Shown here: positions 18,580 to 27,663 of the stretch, one piece after another
How positions within the stretch are numbered: position 1 is the stretch's first letter
How the letters are laid out: each line of letters begins with the position of its first letter
DNA from: Candidatus Kuenenia stuttgartensis
Lineage (GTDB): Bacteria; Planctomycetota; GCA-002687715; CAIWVZ01
NCBI GenBank assembly: GCA_945860915.1
Contig: CAMARR010000003.1
Coordinates: 58,535-122,534, forward strand
DNA length: 64,000 bases
Direction of reading: 5' to 3'
Notes under the pieces: model-generated
Seen by the model: only the letters and a program-made list of their open reading frames with translations
Told to the model about the DNA's origin: nothing
Database searches by the model: none
Made by a program: the position numbers and the translations under genes

Positions 18580-20581
18580 AGCAGCATCGACACGCCCATC
18601 GAAGGCCCGGTGTGTTCGCTTGGATGAACTAGGCGAAGGTCGGGTCGCCATCACCCTTGATGGGGGCGACAGTGTGTTTCTGTTCGATTCATCGATGCTC
18701 GACTCGCTGGCAGCACACGTCGTTGCCATCAAAGCGAGGACCGACATCCGTTTGGTGTTCATCCGCGGAACCGGGCACACGACTTGGTGCGGAGGCGCAG
18801 ACCTCGAGGCATTTGGTGGCCTCGCGACACAAGATGCCGTCCGGGCCATCGTGACTCGCGGCCAAGAGGTGTTTGACGCACTCGCAAACTTGCCTATGCC
18901 GACCATCGCCCTCGTCGACGGCGTCGCACTCGGTGGCGGATTCGAACTCGCACTGTCTTGCCGGATGCGCGTGGCGTCGGAATCGGCACGAGTAGGCCTG
19001 CCTGAAGTCATGCTCGGCATCATTCCGGCTTGGGGTGGGTGCACCCGCCTTACTCGACTCGTCGGACCGATCAGAGCCCTCGACGTCATCACAACTGGGC
19101 GAACCTACAATGCGCTACGCGCTTTCCGCGCGGGGCTCGTCGACAGCATCGTGCCGTCGACCCACCTCTTGGAAGAGGGCGAGCGTCTCGCTGGCACACC
19201 TCCGCGTCGGCAGATTTCAACATCGACCAAGCTCCTCTGGGCAACGGCTCCGGGCCGTTACCTCGTCCGCTCGCAAGCGCGCAAGAAGGTGATGGCGGTC
19301 ACATCGGGCCACTACCCGGCACCGCTCGCAGCGATCGACGTAGTGACGGGCCAGCACGGCCTCAGCGTTAACGCCGGCCTTCAGCTTGAGCGACTCACTG
19401 TCGCACCACTTGCCACCGGAGCAGTCGCTCGCTCGCTTCTTCGCGTCTTCCAAGCAACGCGTCCCTCTTCGCGCCCGCTTTTGGTTCGTGAGGCTCAGGC
19501 ACTGCCCGTTCCATCGCTGATCGGTGTCGTGGGAGCCGGTGTGATGGGCGGTGCAATCGCCCGCACCCTCGCGGTGAAGGGAATCCCCGTGCGGCTAGTG
19601 GATCCATCCGAAGAGGCACTTGGCCGAACTCGGCGGGCCTTAGCCGAAGAACTCGAGAAGAAATCGCGCGGTGGTGATCTTACTCGGGCCGAAGCTCGGC
19701 GACGTCTTCTCCTACTCAGTGTCGCGACGTCGCTCTCAGGGCTCAAGCATGCCGACCTCGTCATCGAAGCCGTTCCCGAACGCGCAGACGCTAAGGCCAG
19801 CATTCTGCAGCGCCTTCGCGCTGAAGTCGGACCGACGACGGTCGTTGCATCCAACACATCTTCGTTCCCGGTCGGCGAACTCGCGAAGAGCTTCGGCGAT
19901 GCTTCGCGCCTAGTCGGCCTGCATTTCTTTAACCCAGTCGACAAACTCCCGCTCGTCGAAGTCATTCGTGGATCTGAGTCGTCGCCCGAATCGCTGCGTG
20001 TCGCGGTGAAGGTAGCCCTCGAACTGGGCAAGACGCCGATCATCGTCGGTGACGGGCCAGGCTTCCTAGTCAACCGCCTCTTCACTCCCTACCTTCGCGC
20101 GGCATGCGATCTCGCCGTCGAAGGCGTGCCGATTTCGCGCATCGACTCCGCCATCGAAGCATGGGGCATGGCGATGGGCCCTTTCAGGCTCATGGACATG
20201 ATCGGACTCGATGTGCTGCACGATGTGGGAACGAATCTGGCATCGCGCGGAGCCAAGGGCTCGCATACCCTGCTCGAAACCCTGCTCGCGCGTGGATGCA
20301 CCGGGCAAAAGTCGTCCCGCGGCTTCTATGTATGGAAGTCGGGAAAGCCCCAACCCAACCCTGCACTTCCAGGCTTCGTCGGGCGCGACGATCCAAGAAC
20401 GCCTGCGCAACTTGCCGACCAATTGCTTGCAGTATTAGGGGCTGAGGCCGAAGCGGCACTCCTTGAGGGTACAGTGACTTCCGTGAACGACATCGATCTC
20501 GCATCAATTCTTGGGATGGGCTTCCCCGCATGGCGCGGTGGACTAGCCCACGCGCTTGGCATCAAGGGATGTGAGACGTGA
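18551..20581 (+). CDS. fadJ: Fatty acid oxidation complex alpha subunit (enoyl-CoA hydratase/3-hydroxyacyl-CoA dehydrogenase)
   Basis: GGADL, GGGFELAL, LPEVMLGIIP; GAGVMG, EAVPE, SNTSS, HFFNP, PGFLVNR. TTG 18551 preceded by GAGGA. Confidence 0.85.
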   Translation: MSTAVTTHAEAASTRPSKARCVRLDELGEGRVAITLDGGDSVFLFDSSMLDSLAAHVVAIKARTDIRLVFIRGTGHTTWCGGADLEAFGGLATQDAVRAIVTRGQEVFDALANLPMPTIALVDGVALGGGFELALSCRMRVASESARVGLPEVMLGIIPAWGGCTRLTRLVGPIRALDVITTGRTYNALRAFRAGLVDSIVPSTHLLEEGERLAGTPPRRQISTSTKLLWATAPGRYLVRSQARKKVMAVTSGHYPAPLAAIDVVTGQHGLSVNAGLQLERLTVAPLATGAVARSLLRVFQATRPSSRPLLVREAQALPVPSLIGVVGAGVMGGAIARTLAVKGIPVRLVDPSEEALGRTRRALAEELEKKSRGGDLTRAEARRRLLLLSVATSLSGLKHADLVIEAVPERADAKASILQRLRAEVGPTTVVASNTSSFPVGELAKSFGDASRLVGLHFFNPVDKLPLVEVIRGSESSPESLRVAVKVALELGKTPIIVGDGPGFLVNRLFTPYLRAACDLAVEGVPISRIDSAIEAWGMAMGPFRLMDMIGLDVLHDVGTNLASRGAKGSHTLLETLLARGCTGQKSSRGFYVWKSGKPQPNPALPGFVGRDDPRTPAQLADQLLAVLGAEAEAALLEGTVTSVNDIDLASILGMGFPAWRGGLAHALGIKGCET

Positions 20582-21879
20582 CAGCGCCGGTGGCGATTCT
20601 TGGCGGCGTACGTACGCCATTTGGCAAGGCAGGCGGCGCACTGCGCTCTCTGGCAACGGAAGATCTCGGCGCCATCGTCACCCGCGAAGTCTTGGCACGC
20701 GTCGGTCTTAGGGCATCGCTCGTCGATGCGCTCATCGCTGGAAATGTGGGCCAGCCGGCCGGCGCCCAGAATGTGGGCCGGGTCATTGCACTTTTGGCCG
20801 GATTGCCAAACTCAGTGCCGGGCGTCACCGTGCATCGCAACTGTGCGTCAGGCCTTGAAGCGGTCGTCCAAGCCGCGGACCTGATCCGATTGGGCCGTGC
20901 ATCCATTGTCGTCGCAGTCGGCGTCGAGTCGATGTCGAACTACCCAATCCACTTCAACGACCGCGCCGCTGCTTGGTTCGCACGCATGGCACGAAGCAAG
21001 AGCATGGGGGCGAAGCTCTCGACATTCGCTGCGTGGCGGCCGTCGTTTCTCTCTCCCGTGCCCGCGATTCTCAAGGGACTTAAAGATCCTGTCTCGGGCC
21101 TCGGCATGGGTGAAGCCACCGAACGCGTCGCCCGAGAATGGGGAGTCACGCGCCTCGATTGTGACGCCTATGCCGTTGATTCGAATCTTCGGGCGGCGAA
21201 GGCACGTGAGCGACTCGCTGAGGAGATCGTCCCGGTTGCAACGTCATACGGTGTACTTTCGAACGATGAGGGCGTGAGACCCGACTCAAGCCCCGCCGCA
21301 CTCGCGCGGCTTACGCCCCGGTTTGATCGTCGACTGGGGATGTTGACGGCGGGCAACTCGTCGCAGGTCAGCGACGGAGCCGTTGCGGTCGTTCTCGCAT
21401 CCGACGCTGCGATCACTACTCATCGACTCACCCCGCTCGGGTACCTCGGCGCAAGCCACGTTGCGGCACTCGAACCTGAGCGATTTGCGCTAGGTCCGCT
21501 TCTGGCAATCGCCGGTCTCCATCCGGGTCGCTCCATCCCTTGGGACCGCTACGATCGTGTCGAGATTAACGAGGCGTTCGCGGCGCAGATCCTAGTCGGA
21601 TTGCGAGCAGCCGCAGATCCTGAGTTCGCGCGCATGCGGCTCTCGCTTCCTGCCGCCCTCGGTGCCCCACCACTCGCCCGTCTCAATCAGGACGGTGGTG
21701 CCATCGCGATCGGACACCCTGTCGGCGCATCCGGTGCACGGCTCGTGCTGAATGCGCTCATGGGACTTAAGCGCGATGGCGGCGAGCGCGCACTCGTCAG
21801 CCTCTGCGTGGGTGGCGGCCTTGGAATGGCCGCCGTGCTTGCGTCGACGCCCGCGGCGTTGACTCAACACCAATCGTGA
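20578..21879 (+). CDS. Acetyl-CoA C-acyltransferase (thiolase, FadI/FadA-like)
   Basis: RTPFGK, NCASG, NEAFA, GHPVGASG, CVGGG; GTGA overlap with fadJ. Confidence 0.92.
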   Translation: MTAPVAILGGVRTPFGKAGGALRSLATEDLGAIVTREVLARVGLRASLVDALIAGNVGQPAGAQNVGRVIALLAGLPNSVPGVTVHRNCASGLEAVVQAADLIRLGRASIVVAVGVESMSNYPIHFNDRAAAWFARMARSKSMGAKLSTFAAWRPSFLSPVPAILKGLKDPVSGLGMGEATERVAREWGVTRLDCDAYAVDSNLRAAKARERLAEEIVPVATSYGVLSNDEGVRPDSSPAALARLTPRFDRRLGMLTAGNSSQVSDGAVAVVLASDAAITTHRLTPLGYLGASHVAALEPERFALGPLLAIAGLHPGRSIPWDRYDRVEINEAFAAQILVGLRAAADPEFARMRLSLPAALGAPPLARLNQDGGAIAIGHPVGASGARLVLNALMGLKRDGGERALVSLCVGGGLGMAAVLASTPAALTQHQS

Positions 21880-21886
21880 AATGAAG

Positions 21887-21912
21887 CGTGGAGGCCATTT
21901 CTGGCCCCCACG
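21887..21912 (-). terminator. Hairpin terminator between convergent genes
   Basis: Minus strand CGTGGGGGCCA-GAAA-TGGCCTCCACG followed by CTTCATTT; GNRA loop. Confidence 0.55.
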
Positions 21913-21940
21913 AATCAAAATCGCGCCGCTTCGGCGTGAT

Positions 21941-22855
21941 CTAAGAAACGCGCTTGGCTGCCGACATGGCGGTCGCAATGACAGACGCCACGTCCGAGAC
22001 GTTCGACGGAACGATCATCGTGTTGTTGGTCTTCGCTAGATTGGCGAAGGCATCGATATAGTGTTCCGCAACTCGAAGCTGCACCGCCTCGGGGCCTCCC
22101 GCCTGCTTGATGGCGTCGGCCACCTTGCGAATACCATCGGCCGTTGCATCAGCACGCGCGAGGATCGCCGAAGCCGCACCTTCTGCTTCGTTGATCTGTA
22201 GCTGCCGATTAGCCTCTGATTCCTTGATGGTCTGCTGTTTGCGCCCCTCAGCCAGATTGATGGCGGCATCGCGCTCACCTTCCGACGTCAAGATCGCCGC
22301 CCGCTTCTCACGTTCGGCGCGCATTTGCTTTTCCATCGCAGCGAGCACATCGCGCGGCGGTGTGATGTTCTTGATCTCATAGCGAAGGACCTTCACACCC
22401 CACGGGCCCGTCGCCTTGTCGAGTTCCTCGACCACGGACTTGTTGATCGTCCCCCGCTCCTCGAACGTGCGGTCGAGCTCGATCTTGCCGATTTCGCTGC
22501 GAAGCGTCGTCTGCGCAAGTTGCGTGATGGCGAACATGAAATTGGACACGCCGTAGGAAGCCAACTTGGGGTCAATAGTCTGCATGTACAGAACACCGTC
22601 CACGGTCACTTGGACGTTGTCGCATGTGATGCAGACCTGCTCCGCCACATCCACTGCGATTTCCTTCAGATTGTGCTTGTAGCGAATCTGATCGAGAAAT
22701 GGGATGAGGATGTGGAACCCTGCGTGCAAGGTGCCAGAGAATTTCCCGAGGCGTTCAACGATGAATGCCATCTGTTGGGGCACCACCACTGCTGTCTTGG
22801 CAATAATGACAATAACCAACAGCGCGATGACGAGTGTGACGACTAGTGTTTCCAT
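21941..22855 (-). CDS. SPFH/stomatin-like (QmcA-type) membrane protein
   Basis: N-terminal TM, VERLGKF, QLAQTTLRSEIG, WGVKVLRYEIKNI, QMRAEREKRA. Confidence 0.92.
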   Translation of the reverse strand: METLVVTLVIALLVIVIIAKTAVVVPQQMAFIVERLGKFSGTLHAGFHILIPFLDQIRYKHNLKEIAVDVAEQVCITCDNVQVTVDGVLYMQTIDPKLASYGVSNFMFAITQLAQTTLRSEIGKIELDRTFEERGTINKSVVEELDKATGPWGVKVLRYEIKNITPPRDVLAAMEKQMRAEREKRAAILTSEGERDAAINLAEGRKQQTIKESEANRQLQINEAEGAASAILARADATADGIRKVADAIKQAGGPEAVQLRVAEHYIDAFANLAKTNNTMIVPSNVSDVASVIATAMSAAKRVS

Positions 22856-22876
22856 GCAAATTCTCCGAATTTCGCG

Positions 22877-23311
22877 CTATTCAGCGCGCAATCTGATTTT
22901 GAGGCCTTCAAGGGCGATCACGCGACAGCGTTGCCCTTTGGTGAGCGGCACATCGCCGGCGTTCTCGGCAATCCAAGGAACACCGCGCAATTCGGCTTGA
23001 CCAACCGCCCCAGGCACAATGTCTGCGAGCGGGCTTGCGACTTCGCCAACGATCGAGTCCATGTTCGTCGGTCCGATGCGCTTGACGAGCTTGACCAACA
23101 TGGGACGGAAAAGAAGCATGGTGGCGAAGGAGACCCCCGACCACACAATCCATTCCATGGATGAGTCGGAAATTACCCCCATCTTCGTAAGGATGCCGGT
23201 GACAATCCCTCCGAATCCGAAGAAGAACAGGAAGAAACTCCCCGGCGTTAGTACTTCTGCCGCGAGCAGGGCGACCCCGCCGACGACCCACATCCACCAT
23301 TCCATGGGCAT
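22877..23311 (-). CDS. NfeD-like (YbbJ-type) membrane protein
   Basis: Hydrophobic N-half, OB-fold-like C-half (G-x-W-x-A); standard partner upstream of an SPFH gene. Confidence 0.85.
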   Translation of the reverse strand: MPMEWWMWVVGGVALLAAEVLTPGSFFLFFFGFGGIVTGILTKMGVISDSSMEWIVWSGVSFATMLLFRPMLVKLVKRIGPTNMDSIVGEVASPLADIVPGAVGQAELRGVPWIAENAGDVPLTKGQRCRVIALEGLKIRLRAE

Positions 23312-23424
23312 GCCTCCAGTCCGCGACTCTAACGAGATACGACCCTCACCAATACGAGCGGAAGATCGGAACTTCCCCCGACTTCGGAATGTCGTGTTGG
23401 GGCATGTGCCCCCTTGCGGGCGAT

Positions 23425-23970
23425 TTAGTCGAAAAGCTCTGCGTCCTTGAAAAGGACTCCGGCACGGTCTTTGGCGGAAAGAAGGGGATTCCCATCACAG
23501 GGCCAGGCGATTCCCAACTGCGGATCGTTCCATAGAATCGTCCGTTCGAAGCTCGGAGCGTAGTAGTCCGTGGTCTTGTAGAGGAAATCGGCCATATCCG
23601 AAAGCACAAGGAACCCGTGCGCTAAGCCAGGCGGGACCCAGAACATCTTGCGATTCTCTTCCGAGAGCTCGACGCACGCGATTTTGCCGAAGGTAGGCGA
23701 CGAGCGCCTGATGTCGACCGCGACATCAAACACTCTCCCGGACGCAACGCGAACGAGTTTCCCTTGGGGTTGGCACACCTGGTAATGCAGCCCCCGAAGG
23801 ACGCCCTTCCCGGACCTCGAATGGTTGTCCTGCAGGAATTCAGCATGAACACCCGCCGCCTCACGCAGTAGCTGGCGGTTGTACGTCTCCATGAAGAACC
23901 CACGCGAATCCCCAAATACTCTCGGTTCAAGCACAAGGGCATCATGAATTGGCGTCGAGGTGACTTGCAT
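23425..23970 (-). CDS. rfbC: dTDP-4-dehydrorhamnose 3,5-epimerase
   Basis: FGDSRGFFME, QDNHSRS, VLRGLHYQ, QGKLVRV, DVAVDIR, GLAHGF, LSAKD. Confidence 0.95.
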   Translation of the reverse strand: MQVTSTPIHDALVLEPRVFGDSRGFFMETYNRQLLREAAGVHAEFLQDNHSRSGKGVLRGLHYQVCQPQGKLVRVASGRVFDVAVDIRRSSPTFGKIACVELSEENRKMFWVPPGLAHGFLVLSDMADFLYKTTDYYAPSFERTILWNDPQLGIAWPCDGNPLLSAKDRAGVLFKDAELFD

Positions 23971-24037
23971 GTTCGTCGTGCCCCATCGAGGAGCGATCAC
24001 ATTCTACGAAAGATCCCGATCCAACTCGGAGCGAAAG

Positions 24038-24778
24038 CTAGTGAGTTGAGATTGTCGCCACGGAGGGCAAAGACGCTAGCGCCGCATCCCAAAGTCGATG
24101 CCGGGCGTCCAGCGCTTCGAGTCCAAACCTCTCGGCCTTGTCGTGAAGGAGTGCATCGCCCTTACACAGAGCGTGAAGGCACTTTTCGGCAAGTGGGCCA
24201 TGCTCCCCAGAGTCAACTTCGATGTGTCTATCGAGGTACCAGAGGAACGTCGGTGCCTGCACGCCCTCGCGACGCAACGTCTTCGTCATTGTCTCGAACA
24301 TGCCCGGAATGAGTCGTTCACGACCATAGAAGAACGCCGCGGCAATCTCGACCGGCGTACGCCGACGCGCGGTTTCCAGCGTGAAGTTCACGAAGGCACG
24401 TGGTCCAGAAGGGATGCGAGCCATGTCGAAATCAACCAAGAACTCATCGATTGTCGACGTGTCGGCCCCCACTTCACGCATGGCTCGTAGATACAGTTCA
24501 AAATGGCTTGTCGCTTCCCCCCGGGCGTCTAGGTCAGACTCCTCCCCCAAGACGATCTCATTGATCAGTCGGACGAGCTCGCCCGGGTACCGAGAAGGGG
24601 TCCACGGAACTTCCGTACACGTGACTTCGCGCTGCAGGGCTTTGAGCAACGACATGAAGTCCCATACAGCGAACACATGGACCTGCATGAAAGCCCTCAC
24701 AGAGACCAAGTCGGTGAGGCGGGCGAAGATCGGGTGTTGAGATACGGATTTTTGGCGTGAAAGGAGGGGTGAAGTCAT
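24038..24778 (-). CDS. DUF3050 family heme-oxygenase-like diiron protein
   Basis: HVFAVWDFMSLLK, INEIVLGEESD, SHFELY, GRE-x-LIP, RHIEVD-x3-H. Confidence 0.85.
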   Translation of the reverse strand: MTSPLLSRQKSVSQHPIFARLTDLVSVRAFMQVHVFAVWDFMSLLKALQREVTCTEVPWTPSRYPGELVRLINEIVLGEESDLDARGEATSHFELYLRAMREVGADTSTIDEFLVDFDMARIPSGPRAFVNFTLETARRRTPVEIAAAFFYGRERLIPGMFETMTKTLRREGVQAPTFLWYLDRHIEVDSGEHGPLAEKCLHALCKGDALLHDKAERFGLEALDARHRLWDAALASLPSVATISTH

Positions 24779-24853
24779 CGGCAAGATGGGTCGCGCCGAG
24801 GCACGCTACCAAGGTCCGCGAATCTCGGCGAGGGGTGCTATCGTGCCGGTCTC

Positions 24854-26077
24854 ATGCCTAAGAAGGACATCGGATTCGAGCTCTTGAACACGGACGGTAC
24901 CGCCCGCCGTGGCAGATTCCGAACTCACCACGGGACAGTCGACACCCCGACTTTCATGGCCGTCGGCACACAAGGTGCCGTTAAGGCAATGACACCCGAC
25001 CAAGTCCTCGCAACGGGTGCTGAGGTGGTGCTCGCGAACACCTTCCACCTCGCGCTCGAGGATCGTCGAGAACTCGTGAAGCGCGCCGGAGGCCTTCACA
25101 AGTTCATGGCGTGGGACAAGACGATTCTTACAGACTCGGGTGGATTCCAAGTGTTTTCGCTACCCGACAAGACCATCACTGATGAAGGGGTGACGTTCCG
25201 TTACGAGCGCGATGGAAGCCCCACGGTTCTCAACCCAGAAACGTCGATGGCCATTCAACGCGACCTCGGCGCAGACATCGTCATGGCGTTCGATGAGTGC
25301 TGCCCTCCCGATTCCCCTAAGCCCTATGTCGTAAAGAGCATTGATCGTACCACGCGGTGGGCCAAGCGTTGCCGCGACTTTGACCTCGCTCCGCATCAGT
25401 TTCTCTTCGGCATTGTCCAAGGCGGTCTGTTCGACGACCTTCGCCGTCGCAGCGCGGAAGCGCTCACCCAAATCCCATTCGACGGTTACGCCATCGGTGG
25501 TGTCAGCGTGGGCGAGGGCTTCGATATGCTCGTCAAAGTGACGCGGCTGACCGCGCCGCTCCTTCCGCCTAATCTGCCGCGCTATCTCATGGGGGTTGGG
25601 CTCCCCGAAGATCTACTGTCGTGTATTGAGCACGGTATTGACATGTTTGATTGTGTCATCCCGACCCGCTACGCCCGCGGCGGAACGTTGTTCACTCGAA
25701 CAGGCAAACTCCGGCTTTACGACAAGAAGTATCGCCGAGACCGCTATCCCATCGATACGGCGTGCGGGTGCTACACCTGCTCGAAATTCTCACGAATGGT
25801 GCTCCGCCACCTCTACTACGCGCGCGAACCACTCTTCGAGACACTCGCTTCCATCCACAATGTCCACTTCTATGAGGACTTGATGCGCGACTCTCGAACC
25901 GCCATTGAGCAGAACGGTTTTTCGACGTTCAAGACGTCGTGGCTCGCCCGGTACGGATTCGATCCCGTTTTGAAGCGCGAGACGCGTGAGCGCGAACATC
26001 GCGTGGATCCTCGTGAGGACTTCCGCACACTTCACGCCGAACGCGATGGCCGTCGTCGCGATGAGGACGCTAGGTGA
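24854..26077 (+). CDS. tgt: tRNA-guanine transglycosylase
   Basis: TPTFM-x-VGT, NTFHL, LTDSGGFQVFSL, GIVQGG, RYLMGVG, DMFDCV, zinc site CGCYTC...H. Confidence 0.95.
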   Translation: MPKKDIGFELLNTDGTARRGRFRTHHGTVDTPTFMAVGTQGAVKAMTPDQVLATGAEVVLANTFHLALEDRRELVKRAGGLHKFMAWDKTILTDSGGFQVFSLPDKTITDEGVTFRYERDGSPTVLNPETSMAIQRDLGADIVMAFDECCPPDSPKPYVVKSIDRTTRWAKRCRDFDLAPHQFLFGIVQGGLFDDLRRRSAEALTQIPFDGYAIGGVSVGEGFDMLVKVTRLTAPLLPPNLPRYLMGVGLPEDLLSCIEHGIDMFDCVIPTRYARGGTLFTRTGKLRLYDKKYRRDRYPIDTACGCYTCSKFSRMVLRHLYYAREPLFETLASIHNVHFYEDLMRDSRTAIEQNGFSTFKTSWLARYGFDPVLKRETREREHRVDPREDFRTLHAERDGRRRDEDAR

Positions 26078-26931
26078 CCTACGCGCTTCTCGACTCGGGC
26101 GATGGCCGCAAGCTCGAGCGCGTGGGCCCGTATCTTCTCGATCGGCAGGCTCCCGCGGCCATCTGGAAGCCACGACTTCCCATCGGTGAATGGAATCGCG
26201 CAGACGCCGTCCACCATCGTTCAGACAAGGGTGGTGGCTCTTGGGAGTTTCGCACGAAGCTTCCCGAAAAGTGGGAAGCGGTATGGGGTGGATTCACCTT
26301 CATCGTGAAGCCGACGCCTTTTGGCCATATTGGACTCTTCGCCGAACACGCTGCGCGTTGGAAGTCCCTGGCCCAATCAGTGAGCGCGGCCACGGTACGC
26401 CTTGGTCGACCGCCAGACATCCTGAATCTCTTCGCTTACACTGGCGGTGCCACGATGGCCGCTTCCCGAGCCGGCGCTTCGGTGTGCCATGTAGATGCAG
26501 CGAAGGGCGTTGTCGACTGGGCGCGCGAACACGCCGCCCGCAACAGCCTCGGCGAGCGCCCTATTCGTTGGATCGTCGATGACTGTTCCGAGTATCTGGC
26601 TCGCGAAGCTCGGCGTGGCCGACGTTACGACGGGATACTCTTTGACCCCCCCTCGTTCGGACGAGGGTCGCGTGGCGAAGTCTGGAAGATCGAAGATGGA
26701 ATCCATACTCTTCTAGATCTCTGCGTCGGCGTCCTTAACCCGGACCCCGCCTACGTCCTGTTCACATGCCATACCCCCGGGTTCACCCCTACGGTCCTCG
26801 GCGAGCTCCTTGCCGAGCGAATCGCGGGTTTCCCCGGGCAAAAGACGTCCGGAGAGATGCTCATACCGGAGAAAACCGGTCGCTCACTTCCCTCCGGCTC
26901 ATTTGCAGAGTGGGCCCAAACAGGCGACTAG
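26074..26931 (+). CDS. Class I SAM-dependent methyltransferase (RlmI/RlmK-like)
   Basis: LLDSGDGRKLER, LNLFAYTGG, HVDAAK, DPPSFGRG; GTGA overlap with tgt. Confidence 0.85.
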   Translation: MTYALLDSGDGRKLERVGPYLLDRQAPAAIWKPRLPIGEWNRADAVHHRSDKGGGSWEFRTKLPEKWEAVWGGFTFIVKPTPFGHIGLFAEHAARWKSLAQSVSAATVRLGRPPDILNLFAYTGGATMAASRAGASVCHVDAAKGVVDWAREHAARNSLGERPIRWIVDDCSEYLAREARRGRRYDGILFDPPSFGRGSRGEVWKIEDGIHTLLDLCVGVLNPDPAYVLFTCHTPGFTPTVLGELLAERIAGFPGQKTSGEMLIPEKTGRSLPSGSFAEWAQTGD

Positions 26932-27010
26932 CCAGAATCCTCCCGATTCATGGCACGCCGATAGTCCCTGAAAAGACCTAGCCCGGCCTCCGAATGGTTA
27001 GATTGCTGTC

Positions 27011-27601
27011 ATGCGAAAGATCCTAGGGATTGTCTTTCTTCTCTCGGCCACGGTCCTCATCGCGCACGGTCTCTTTTCAGAGGCCGAGGCGGAGCGCCGG
27101 ATGCCCGAAGTTGCCGCGACCACGGATGTCAACACCTTCCGTCGCGTCGCAATGGAATTCCCCTATTGTCAGGCCACCATCAACGCCCGACTGACGCACC
27201 TCAAAGCGGCCGAAGGAACTCTCGCCTACACGCGATTCATCGATTCACGCGAGTTTGCCCGAACCGTACTCTCTACACACAAGACGCTTCTCAACGGTGC
27301 ATCAGCCAAGCCACCGTACCTGACGCCGGAAGCCGCGGCGATCGTCGGGCTGCTCGCAATGTTCCTCGCGATTCTGCTGCCCGGCACTCGGTTCCGGTTC
27401 CTCGCATTCTTCGTGTTTTTGGGTTCAGTGTTCGCAGCGCTCGCTGCAAGTTTCCCGCCCGAAACACAGGTCGTCCTTTGCAGGGACATTGCCTATTCTA
27501 ATTTGGTGATCGCGTGGATGCCACGCATCGCACAAGGACTTATCGCACTCGCTGGCCTTCTCATCGTATTTGAGAAGGGGTCGAAGCCGGCCGCAGCATG
27601 A
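27011..27601 (+). CDS. Hypothetical multi-pass membrane protein
   Basis: Four hydrophobic segments; TAGATT box 6 nt upstream of ATG. Confidence 0.65.
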   Translation: MRKILGIVFLLSATVLIAHGLFSEAEAERRMPEVAATTDVNTFRRVAMEFPYCQATINARLTHLKAAEGTLAYTRFIDSREFARTVLSTHKTLLNGASAKPPYLTPEAAAIVGLLAMFLAILLPGTRFRFLAFFVFLGSVFAALAASFPPETQVVLCRDIAYSNLVIAWMPRIAQGLIALAGLLIVFEKGSKPAAA

Positions 27602-27663
27602 GCCCAATCCCGCCCACAACTCGCCCATTCAAACTTTCCATCCGCACGATTCGGAGTCTGATC

